Under the pieces are notes generated by a model, which saw nothing but the letters and a program-made list of their open reading frames with translations, ran no database searches and was not told where the DNA came from. A program made the translations under genes and the position numbers. A stretch of 32,000 nucleotides of DNA from Candidatus Heimdallarchaeota archaeon (GTDB taxonomy: Archaea > Asgardarchaeota > Heimdallarchaeia > JABLTI01): the NCBI GenBank assembly GCA_030614005.1, contig JAUWKS010000020.1, forward strand, positions 1-32,000. The letters are read 5' to 3'. Every line of letters starts with the position of its first letter. Position 1 is the stretch's first letter. Below are positions 24,106 to 32,000 of the stretch, in pieces.

Positions 24106-25974
24106 TTATTCGTCGTCTCTTTCTACCCATGAGAACTTATTTTGTAATGTTTTCGAGTAATAGTTTCTCCAATCATAGTCTACTTCTTTTCCCCAAGCAT
24201 GATATATTCTTGGATCAATATACGACTTCAAGCTCGTTCCTAAATTCCACACTTTAGTTTTCTTAGAAATTCGTTCTTGTGTTTCGATTTTCTTATATGC
24301 TTCTTTTGCTTTGTAGACACGTTCCTTAGCTGTGCCTAAGCTATTTTTTCCTCTAGCGATTTGACTTTGAGCAATTTCTATGCGCTTTTTCGCAGTGCCA
24401 ACTCGTTTCCTCTGAGTTTGTACTTTCTTCTTTTGTTTCGCACAAGCTTTAGTGAGTTTCACTTTTTCTTTTGAATCTTGTTCGTTGTTAGAAAGATCTT
24501 CTAGCTCAAGAAAATCACCTTTTGTTTGTTCGAGAATTTTTTGCTGCGCTTTTTCTTGTTTTCGTCTTTCCTTTAGATTCTTCTTAAGTTCTTCAAGACG
24601 TTCTTCTCTACCACTTTGGTTTAGTTTTGCTTTTTCAATGCGCTCACTTGATTTAATCTTTCGTTCTCTAAATCGTTGAATCCTATTTTCCCAATTCTTA
24701 GGTGCTTGTTTCATATGAGTACACACAACTGCTGCCTCGCGATTAGCCATCGTAGCAGCTTCTTTCTTCTTGTACTCTGGGTCATCTGCTGAAGTGTCAG
24801 ATTCTTCTAAATGAGCTGAGACGATATTTGTTGCATGAAACGTTCTAAATACTTTTGCCGTAAGATCAGGCACAATATTACTGAAGAAATCATTAACCTG
24901 AGTACTACCAATTTTCGAGAAAATCTGAGGTTTATCCTTTCCACTCTTTTCTGCTTCATCTATTAAAAATTGCAATTCTTTTATAATATATAATGGGAAA
25001 GTAGTATCTTTATTCCATTCCACAGAATCTTTTCCAAGAAAATTGAAATTTACCTCCTCACCATCAATTGTAACATGTTCAGGTCTTAAAGTGGTAGCAC
25101 CTACGGTATCTGCTTCATCTTCATCCTTTTCGTCACCAACTCTCAGAATTAGTTGATCAATGATGTAACAGGCAAGAGCAATTTTTCTTGTCCGAGGATT
25201 ATCACTTTTAATACCTTTATCAATTTCTAAACGAATTTTCTCTAATTGTCCCGCAACTTTCCTAGCCTTGTTGAATTTTTCGATTTCTCTATCTTGTTTT
25301 ATGGGTGTATTATCTGATAGCCAGACGTATTTTGTTTTTTTGGAAAGTTTATCTTCCCATTTCGCAACCCAAAGACATTCTGGTTCCCAAACGATTTCTT
25401 TCCATTTCTCTTTCCAATTCTCTTTCTTCTGTTCTTCAGATAACTCACTTATATTGAGAACAATATCTTTTGAAGTAGGACCTTCTTTCCATTTACCTCG
25501 CATTGGATGTTCTCCTCGACCCATAAATATACTACTAGGTTCAGCAGTCCAAGCTCCAATTTCCACTTTCATTTCGTCTAACAAGGTTGTGCCATAATAT
25601 TCTTTTAGCTCTTCTCGAACAACCTTTCGGTCTTCTCTTGCTTGCTTTTTTTGTTCTTTAGTCAAACTTTCTTTCTCAGCTCTTACTGATTCAATGTGTT
25701 CAATTACCTCTGAAAAATCAATGTCATCATCTGTGAGATTGTCATATCCTAGTTTTCTACTGAAATCGGCAAAGAAATTTTTACAAAAAATAGTATCATC
25801 TACATAGACTGTAGAAAGTTTTCTAACCCAAGCAATAGCCATTTGTTCTTGCATTGGATCGAGTTCTATCCTAGTATCTTTTACTCCAATTGTTAATCCA
25901 AGATACTTAATTTCTGAAATCATAATTCCATTGTGAGTTAGTTTTTTCATTTCTACCAAGGCACTGAACCTCAT
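24106..25974 (-). CDS. top1: DNA topoisomerase IB (eukaryote-type)
   Basis: EP.SIFMGRGEHP.RGKWK, LRVGDEKD, ADTVGATTLR.EH, FLGKDS, TAKVFRTF, ANR..A..C.H and LGTSLKSY (catalytic Tyr) followed by IDPRI. The true start may be MKKLTHNG at 25950. Confidence 0.96.
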   Translation of the reverse strand: MRFSALVEMKKLTHNGIMISEIKYLGLTIGVKDTRIELDPMQEQMAIAWVRKLSTVYVDDTIFCKNFFADFSRKLGYDNLTDDDIDFSEVIEHIESVRAEKESLTKEQKKQAREDRKVVREELKEYYGTTLLDEMKVEIGAWTAEPSSIFMGRGEHPMRGKWKEGPTSKDIVLNISELSEEQKKENWKEKWKEIVWEPECLWVAKWEDKLSKKTKYVWLSDNTPIKQDREIEKFNKARKVAGQLEKIRLEIDKGIKSDNPRTRKIALACYIIDQLILRVGDEKDEDEADTVGATTLRPEHVTIDGEEVNFNFLGKDSVEWNKDTTFPLYIIKELQFLIDEAEKSGKDKPQIFSKIGSTQVNDFFSNIVPDLTAKVFRTFHATNIVSAHLEESDTSADDPEYKKKEAATMANREAAVVCTHMKQAPKNWENRIQRFRERKIKSSERIEKAKLNQSGREERLEELKKNLKERRKQEKAQQKILEQTKGDFLELEDLSNNEQDSKEKVKLTKACAKQKKKVQTQRKRVGTAKKRIEIAQSQIARGKNSLGTAKERVYKAKEAYKKIETQERISKKTKVWNLGTSLKSYIDPRIYHAWGKEVDYDWRNYYSKTLQNKFSWVERDDE

Positions 25975-26055
25975 ATTTCTTCATTCGAGACCATTTTTAA
26001 AAGCTATCAATAGTTCACTTTAGATAAAAAAAGAATGATTAGATAAAAGTTGGTA

Positions 26056-26760
26056 TTATCTTACTTCACAAACTTCAAAATTTGCTTTAATTTTTTCACA
26101 AGCATCTTCAAGAATACCTAAGCGAAATGGTTGAAGCTTTTCAAATTCCTTATCTAAACACTTCAAGGGTCTGAATTGTTGAATATACAATCGCTTTGCT
26201 CCTTTGATCATTTCCGCAATAATTGGAATATCATGTTCAGGATCGATTATTGTAGGAACAACTGTTGTTCTAAATTCATAATCAATATCAGAATCAATTA
26301 TGATTTTAATTGATTTCAGAATATTTTTGATGTTCACTTTCTTGCCAGCAGCGAGGTGATATTTCTCTGGAATTGCTTTAACATCCATAGCAATATAATC
26401 AAGCAATTTGTCATCAATAAGTTTCTGAATTACATCAGGATGATTACCATTGGTGTCAATTTTTGTTTTTAACCCCATTCCTTTGATAATTTTCAGAAAA
26501 TCAGGCAATCGCTTACTGAGAGAAGGTTCTCCTCCAGTAATTGACACTCCATCCAGCCATTTGCTCTTTGATCTCTTTTCAATTTCTGCAAGAATTTCAT
26601 TCGTATCAAAACTTTTTACAGCATCTAAAGGAATTAAATCCGGATTGTGACAGAATGGACATCGAAAATCACATCCTGCAAGAAAGATACTATCTACAAT
26701 TAGACCTGACCACTCAATAATTGAACCCTGTTTATACCCCTTAATTTCAAGTCCTACCAA
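26056..26760 (-). CDS. nrdG: Anaerobic ribonucleotide reductase activating enzyme (radical SAM)
   Basis: FLAGCDFRCPFCHNP (CxxxCxxC), GVSITGGEP, KIDTNG, MDVKA, YEFRTT, QQFRP; operon context. Confidence 0.93.
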   Translation of the reverse strand: MVGLEIKGYKQGSIIEWSGLIVDSIFLAGCDFRCPFCHNPDLIPLDAVKSFDTNEILAEIEKRSKSKWLDGVSITGGEPSLSKRLPDFLKIIKGMGLKTKIDTNGNHPDVIQKLIDDKLLDYIAMDVKAIPEKYHLAAGKKVNIKNILKSIKIIIDSDIDYEFRTTVVPTIIDPEHDIPIIAEMIKGAKRLYIQQFRPLKCLDKEFEKLQPFRLGILEDACEKIKANFEVCEVR

Positions 26761-26779
26761 TTATGTATTCAACTCGATT

Positions 26780-27040
26780 TTATTTTGCTTGAAGTTCTTT
26801 TTGAACTTGCTCTATTGGAGGTACTTCTCCTCTCCAAGCTTTAACTTCACTATCGGATTCATCGACAATAATCAAAGAAGGTGTTGAAAGAACATCAAAA
26901 TAAACTGATTCTGATAAACCTTCTTCATCATCTAAATTGAACCACTCAACAACAGTACCTTTTTCTTCAAGTTTTTTTGCCATAGCTTTTGCTGGAGGGC
27001 AATTTGGACAATCTGCTTTTGTAAATACTTTTAATTTCAT
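26780..27040 (-). CDS. Glutaredoxin/NrdH-like thioredoxin-fold protein
   Basis: KLKVFTKADCPNCPPAK (CxxC), V.STPSLII with the cis-Pro motif. Confidence 0.9.
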   Translation of the reverse strand: MKLKVFTKADCPNCPPAKAMAKKLEEKGTVVEWFNLDDEEGLSESVYFDVLSTPSLIIVDESDSEVKAWRGEVPPIEQVQKELQAK

Positions 27041-27152
27041 TATCTATCTATCCTCAAATTTTTTTCTGTCTGTTTTACTATTAATCTAAAAAATAAATAT
27101 AAAAAGATAAAGGAAGAGAAGAGGCGAACGAGGTTCGACCTGATCATGCACC

Positions 27153-27386
27153 CTACACGTCATCAGACCAATAATTGCCTTTTTGTCTTCTCTTTAACTC
27201 TGATTTCTTAGAGTTGTTCCAGTTATCAATTATACTAAAGTATCCTACTACCCTGCTAATACCGTAAACATTGTCGCTGTTACAGTATGGGCAATTAGGA
27301 GTAGAACACGTTTCACCTGCATGTTCTATATTTTGTTCTGTTGTTACTTCGGTTATTTTTGTTATAGTTGTTTTTGCCTGTTCCAT
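27153..27386 (-). CDS. Stand-alone glycyl-radical domain of class III RNR (NrdD C-terminal part)
   Basis: CPYCNSDNVYGISRVVGYFS..NWN.SKKSELK.R matches the NrdD CPxC...RVxGY C-terminus. It has its own GAGG RBS. Confidence 0.9.
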   Translation of the reverse strand: MEQAKTTITKITEVTTEQNIEHAGETCSTPNCPYCNSDNVYGISRVVGYFSIIDNWNNSKKSELKRRQKGNYWSDDV

Positions 27387-27454
27387 ACAATTTTTCCTCG
27401 ATAGTTTATTTTTCTTTTTACGCCATTTTTCGATTTGTTTTCTTTTTCAGCCCA

Positions 27455-29875
27455 CTATTGACCTTGTACAGAAGAACTTGTTGATCTGCCAAAGCCCCTA
27501 CTAACTTGTCCACAATCTCTACAGACTGTAAACTCTGGTGAAAACACTATCTGTGCGCTCTGGGTATTGTCCCATGTTTTCTTAACCAGATTCATTATTG
27601 ATTCCGCCGAGGGTTTTTGCTCGCCGACGAATATGTGTGTGATAGAACCGCTTTCAATGAGGGTATTGAATTTCCCTTGTTTTGAAATTCTATCAATAAT
27701 ATCAATAGGTGCATCAGCTGCGAAGTGTGCACTATTGGTATAGTAAATTGATCCTTCGTCAATATCACCCTTGACATAATGAATACTGTCAGGATATTCC
27801 TTAAGATCAGTTCTCGCGAATTTAAAAGGAGCACTTTCTCCTGGAGTTTCTTCAAGAGTAACAGTTAGACCATGTAGTTTTTGGAGAGCTTTTGCTTTTA
27901 GGTTCATTCCAGCAATAATCTTTAGGCCTAGTTTGTAGGCTTTTTCGCTGTCATGTTGTTCTTCATCAATAAGATATTGAACACATTCATTTAATCCTAT
28001 AACGCCTATAATGTAAGTTGCTTTTTCCAAATCAACATAAGGTCTACCATCTTCAGCAATCATACCAATTTGCCAAAGGGTGCCATTTTCTTGAGTCATG
28101 AGTTGAGTAATGAATTCCTTCTTCTCAAGATGAGCTTCCATTGCTAAATCCATTGCTCGTCTAATTTCTTCAATTGTTTTCTTTACGTTACCTTTTCCGG
28201 CTCGATACGCTGCTTGTGGTAAATTAATGCTCACATTTTGGAACCCACAATAACGCATGCTTTCAGGATGTTCAATCATATACATGTCAGTGATTGTTGT
28301 TTTTAATCGACAGCACATTGAAAGATTGATTTCATCGCGATCAAATATGAAATAAGTTGAACCATTTTCAGAGGATATTTTACATGCCAGTTCCAACAAT
28401 TTATACTGTTCAGGATCATCAAAGGAACTTTGATCAATATGTAAATCAAATTTTGGAAATGGGAAGACTTTCGATTCAGAATCTCCTTCTAACCAAACTT
28501 CCATTAATGCTTTAGCAAATAATTGTGTTTCTTTTTCATACTCGCCATAATTTTTTCCAGTATATTTACCACCAGGGCCAATTGCGGGTATGTTTTTGAG
28601 ATATCTTGGAATGCCTAAATGAATATTAAAATCTACAAAAAGGGTTTGTCCCCCTCTTGAGAACGCATTTTGACTGCAAGAATAAATCAATCGCTGTGCT
28701 TCTTGTTTTATTTGTTTATATGGGACACCAACAAAATAAGGGGCATAAAAGATATTCAGATAAGCTAATCCTAAAGCACCGGCATAATATGCTTGCATTG
28801 AAGCTAAGAAGGTATTAAGATGTCCAGTAAGAGTATCTGCATGATTTGCTGGGTTTGAAACGGTTGAGAGATTTAACAAGTTCAATCCATATTTTTTGAT
28901 ATATTCTAAGCTATGAGCAGAGCAATACACCCTGACTGGGAAACCCAAATCATGCAGGTAAATCATTCCTTTTCTGTGTGCATTTGCTACTTCCTTGGAG
29001 AAGAGCTCTTGAAGAGCAAATTTTTTCAATATTGCTTCTGCAATAGCTAAGTTCACCGCCTCTGGATTATTGGCGACTACGTTACTATTTTCTTTGCTTT
29101 TTGAAAGTATAAGTTGTTTAAGATCGAATGTGGGTATACCAATAGTTTTCTGTTGAACCAATTTAGTATTATACCCTCGAGTAAATAATTCATTATCAAC
29201 CAAACTTCTGATAAAATCAACTGATATTACACCTATGCCAGATGCAAATATCTTTCTTTCAACTTCTATGGAAACAGAATCAGCATCTGCACGATTTAAT
29301 CCTGCTTCTTTAACCAAAGCGGCAGTAATTTTTGTTCGGTCCCAACCAGAAATTTCCTCTCGAGTATCAGCTGATACCATTAACAGAAGTTCAGTAGAAT
29401 CACGACTTTTCACATCTACTTCCTTTACTACTTTTAATTTCTCCAACTCACGTTCAAATGAAGCGATATCTGTGAATCGTCTATAAACTGAAGCATAACG
29501 AATATAAGCAACTTCATCGAGTCCTCGGAGTTTTTCCATAACTAATTCTCCTACGACACTAGCTTCAATTTCCAATTCTTCATTTTTTCTTAATTCACTT
29601 TCAATTTCATCTATAACGTCTTCAATTTCCTCAGAAGAAATAGGTCTTTTTTCGCAGGCTTTTACGATACCTTTTTTGACTTTCTCACGATCAAATGGTT
29701 CCCTACGTTTATCCTTCTTTACAATAGTAAGCTTCACTTGTTCTATTCGTTCATAAGTTGAAAATCGCTTTTTACATTGAAGACATTCTCTTCTTCGTCT
29801 ATTTGCTTTCATGTCTTCTGACGCTCGTTTATCAACGACTCGAGTATTTGGCGATTGACAGTAAGGGCATTTCAT
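27455..29875 (-). CDS. nrdD: NrdR-NrdD fusion: NrdR repressor (aa 1-147), second ATP cone, class III RNR barrel; lacks the glycyl-radical domain
   Basis: MKCPYC...RRRRECLQCKKRFSTYE...VAYIRYASVY (NrdR); LHDL...YC, SRGGQTLF, FPFP, SMCCRL, IGVIGLNE, ETPGES, YYTNS, ESGSITH (NrdD). Ends after CRDCG with no RxxGY. Confidence 0.95.
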   Translation of the reverse strand: MKCPYCQSPNTRVVDKRASEDMKANRRRRECLQCKKRFSTYERIEQVKLTIVKKDKRREPFDREKVKKGIVKACEKRPISSEEIEDVIDEIESELRKNEELEIEASVVGELVMEKLRGLDEVAYIRYASVYRRFTDIASFERELEKLKVVKEVDVKSRDSTELLLMVSADTREEISGWDRTKITAALVKEAGLNRADADSVSIEVERKIFASGIGVISVDFIRSLVDNELFTRGYNTKLVQQKTIGIPTFDLKQLILSKSKENSNVVANNPEAVNLAIAEAILKKFALQELFSKEVANAHRKGMIYLHDLGFPVRVYCSAHSLEYIKKYGLNLLNLSTVSNPANHADTLTGHLNTFLASMQAYYAGALGLAYLNIFYAPYFVGVPYKQIKQEAQRLIYSCSQNAFSRGGQTLFVDFNIHLGIPRYLKNIPAIGPGGKYTGKNYGEYEKETQLFAKALMEVWLEGDSESKVFPFPKFDLHIDQSSFDDPEQYKLLELACKISSENGSTYFIFDRDEINLSMCCRLKTTITDMYMIEHPESMRYCGFQNVSINLPQAAYRAGKGNVKKTIEEIRRAMDLAMEAHLEKKEFITQLMTQENGTLWQIGMIAEDGRPYVDLEKATYIIGVIGLNECVQYLIDEEQHDSEKAYKLGLKIIAGMNLKAKALQKLHGLTVTLEETPGESAPFKFARTDLKEYPDSIHYVKGDIDEGSIYYTNSAHFAADAPIDIIDRISKQGKFNTLIESGSITHIFVGEQKPSAESIMNLVKKTWDNTQSAQIVFSPEFTVCRDCGQVSRGFGRSTSSSVQGQ

Positions 29876-30004
29876 TATTCTAGTTCACTCGTTTTTTCTT
29901 AGGCACTATTTTCCTGCGCCGATTTTTATTTTGGCGTTTTATGTCGGTTCTAGGAGACGGTCTCACCTCTAAGCGAGTTTGTTTCCTTTACAGCCCACCC
30001 TATA

Positions 30005-30020
30005 CCACCACATCTGGTGG
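30005..30020. promoter_or_regulatory. NrdR box (gene-proximal)
   Basis: CCACCACATCTGGTGG fits the 16-bp palindromic consensus acaCwAtATaTwGtgt at the key C4, A6, A8, T9, T11 and G13 positions. Confidence 0.8.
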
Positions 30021-30035
30021 TTTGTGGTCCCTCAA

Positions 30036-30051
30036 ACACAACATATTGTAT
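30036..30051. promoter_or_regulatory. NrdR box (promoter-proximal)
   Basis: ACACAACATATTGTAT, 14/16 match to the consensus and exactly 31 bp from the other box. Confidence 0.85.
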
Positions 30052-30076
30052 ATGTTATTTGTTTCTGAACGCTTTG

Positions 30077-30084
30077 TATTTAAA
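30077..30084 (-). promoter_or_regulatory. Candidate archaeal TATA box of the nrd operon
   Basis: TTTAAATA on the minus strand, about 25 bp upstream of the first NrdR box. The AT-rich context makes the call weak. Confidence 0.35.
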
Positions 30085-30215
30085 TGTTATGTGAATGAGA
30101 ATTTTTATAAGAATAAATAATCATCTATAAAAATCAAAAAATAGTTCACCAAATTTTTTTTCACTCGGATAACTTGTAAAACAAAAAAAGAGAAAATGTC
30201 CTATAAATATTTCAT

Positions 30216-31982
30216 CTACAGAACAGTTACGGATTTGGCCAAGTTTCTAGGAAAATCAGGATCATTTCCGCGAAGTATAGAAAGATGATAAGCAATTAAC
30301 TGCAGAATAGGAATTATAACAATTGGTTCAAGAGCAACTTTTGCTAGAGGGATATAATGATCAAAGATGTCTAGCTTTTCAGAGGAAATGCCGATTATAA
30401 TTCCACCACGAGCTTTGATCTGCATAATGTTATTGATCATATCATCTTTAGTTTCATCATTTGGAACGAGTGCAATGCATGATACACCAGGTTCAATAAG
30501 TGCAAGAGTATGATGTTTTAATTCACCACCTGCCAGAGCATCAGCGTGAATATAGGCAATTTCCTTAATTTTAAGTTCGCCTTCCATTGCAACTGGAAAA
30601 GCAACTCCACGTCCAATTAGAAATAAATTTTGTTTATTCAGAACCTCTTTAGATAACTCCTTGATAAAATCAGATTGTTTCATTATAATCTCAAATTGAA
30701 AAATTACTTCATTGAGGTGTTCTTTACCTTCTGCAAGTTGATTGTTTAAAGCATATGCTAACATCACCAAAATAAGTACTTGAGAGGTGAAAGCTTTCGT
30801 TGAAGCAACAGCAATTTCAGGGCCAGCGTTTAAAGTAAGAAATTGTTCGGACTCACGCATAATAGTACTACCCATAACATTTACTAAAGAAACAACTTTT
30901 GCACCTTTGCTTTTGGCAATTTTAATTCCTTCCAAAACATCTGCAGTTTCACCAGATTGACTAATGGCGAAAAGAACTGTTTCGTTATCAAACAAATTCT
31001 GATAGGTTTTAAATTCAGACCCTAAAATAGGCATGAAGTTTCGATGGCAAAGTTTAGCAAAATAAATCGATGCTATGAGACAAGCACGATAAGAAGTTCC
31101 AGAACCGAGAAAATAGACATTTTTTGCTTGGGTCAACAAGGTAACAAGTTCAGCTAATTTTGCTGGATCTTGATCCAATGCTTGCTTTGAAACCTCAGCT
31201 TCTTCAAATATTTCCTTTAGCATGAAATGTGGATAACCATCTTTTGTGGCTTGCTCTGCAGTCCAGTCGATTGTAGATATTTCCTTCTTAATTTCTTTAC
31301 CTGCTGCTAAATCATAAATTGTGCATTCATCATTTAGGATTGCTAATTCATAGTTCTCTAAAATAATTGCTTTATTTGTATATTCTAAGAAGGAAGTCAT
31401 ATCAGATGAAGCGAAGAATTCATTTTCACCAACGCCAATAATTAGTGGAGAATCCTTTCTAAAACAATAAATATCACCTGATTTTTTACTTAACAATAAG
31501 AAAGTGAAAGCTCCTTTTGCTTGTTCAGAAGTTTCCTTTATTGCTTTGATTATATCTTTGGCTTGTTTCATATTTTCTTCTATTAAATGAACTAAGACTT
31601 CAGTATCTGTTGTTGATGTAAAATGGTGTCCTTTTTCTACTAATTGTCTTTTCAATTCAACATAATTTTCTAAAATGCCATTGTGTACAAGAGCATATTC
31701 ACCATCACAAGATGTAAAAGGATGGGCATTTTCCATCGTTACATTGCCATGAGTTGCCCAACGAGTATGAGCAATGCCTACTTTTCCTGTTAAAGATAAG
31801 AAATCAACTTTAGCATTTACTCGCTCAATTCGTCCTGTTCCTTTTCTAACAACTATAATATTATTTCCATTTAAAGAGGCCATACCACAGGAGTCATAAC
31901 CACGATATTCTAATCGTTTCAATGAAGCCAGTAATATTGGTGAGGCCTTTTGCTTTCCTGTATAACCGATTATTCCGCACAT
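30216..31982 (-). CDS. glmS: Glutamine-fructose-6-phosphate transaminase (isomerizing)
   Basis: MCGIIG, LEYRGYDSCG, HTRWATHG, VHNGI, SQSGETAD, VASTKAFTSQ, ELKH, PRNLAKSVTV. Confidence 0.98.
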   Translation of the reverse strand: MCGIIGYTGKQKASPILLASLKRLEYRGYDSCGMASLNGNNIIVVRKGTGRIERVNAKVDFLSLTGKVGIAHTRWATHGNVTMENAHPFTSCDGEYALVHNGILENYVELKRQLVEKGHHFTSTTDTEVLVHLIEENMKQAKDIIKAIKETSEQAKGAFTFLLLSKKSGDIYCFRKDSPLIIGVGENEFFASSDMTSFLEYTNKAIILENYELAILNDECTIYDLAAGKEIKKEISTIDWTAEQATKDGYPHFMLKEIFEEAEVSKQALDQDPAKLAELVTLLTQAKNVYFLGSGTSYRACLIASIYFAKLCHRNFMPILGSEFKTYQNLFDNETVLFAISQSGETADVLEGIKIAKSKGAKVVSLVNVMGSTIMRESEQFLTLNAGPEIAVASTKAFTSQVLILVMLAYALNNQLAEGKEHLNEVIFQFEIIMKQSDFIKELSKEVLNKQNLFLIGRGVAFPVAMEGELKIKEIAYIHADALAGGELKHHTLALIEPGVSCIALVPNDETKDDMINNIMQIKARGGIIIGISSEKLDIFDHYIPLAKVALEPIVIIPILQLIAYHLSILRGNDPDFPRNLAKSVTVL

Positions 31983-32000
31983 AGTGTTTCCTCTTAAATA

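Noticed and set aside
27387-27457. Programmed frameshift or stop readthrough fusing NrdD to its radical domain
   Set aside because: It would need two recoding events: TAG in the NrdD frame and TGA (27447-27449) in the small ORF's frame. The small ORF has its own RBS.
3328-29486. Remaining short ORFs in the track that are antisense to or nested in long genes (e.g. 3328-3678, 7016-7252, 12679-13035, 15118-15537, 19223-19537, 25268-25597, 29235-29486)
   Set aside because: They overlap confidently assigned genes, lack motifs and RBS, and are consistent with shadow frames.
29954-29964. GAGAC-G-GTCTC palindrome in the nrd leader
   Set aside because: Only 5-bp arms, expected by chance, with no supporting context.
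31983-32000. glmS ribozyme upstream of glmS
   Set aside because: Only 18 nt of upstream sequence are in the window, so it cannot be assessed.

Overview
This is an AT-rich archaeal chromosomal window, most likely from an Asgard archaeon. That assignment is inferred from a eukaryote-type topoisomerase IB, an archaeal stalk protein P1/L12, a BHB-intron tRNA and two proteins resembling eukaryotic ER-translocon/ribosome factors. Much of it is housekeeping: DegV, an aminotransferase, Nnr, malic enzyme, CBS proteins, PyrC, Mut7-C, AMMECR1, an aldo/keto reductase and GlmS. Three things stand out. (1) A rewired class III ribonucleotide reductase locus (24106-30084, minus strand). A complete NrdR repressor is fused to the N-terminus of NrdD, two NrdR boxes 31 bp apart lie in its own promoter region, and the glycyl-radical domain plus half of the Zn site is on a separate 77-aa gene. 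A redoxin, NrdG and topoisomerase IB follow. (2) A co-oriented cluster (6879-10115), divergent from a stand-alone ribosomal P1 gene, that begins with a DDRGK1/UFL1-like winged-helix protein and ends with a CCDC47 (PAT complex)-like membrane protein. (3) An elongator tRNA-Met gene missing from the ORF track that carries three introns (D-loop, 37/38, 59/60), each with a bulge-helix-bulge motif, and has A54 in the T-loop. There are also unexplained structured intergenic elements and a 45-bp repeat flanking a clostripain gene. All family assignments come from motif recognition and remembered reference sequences; no database search was run.
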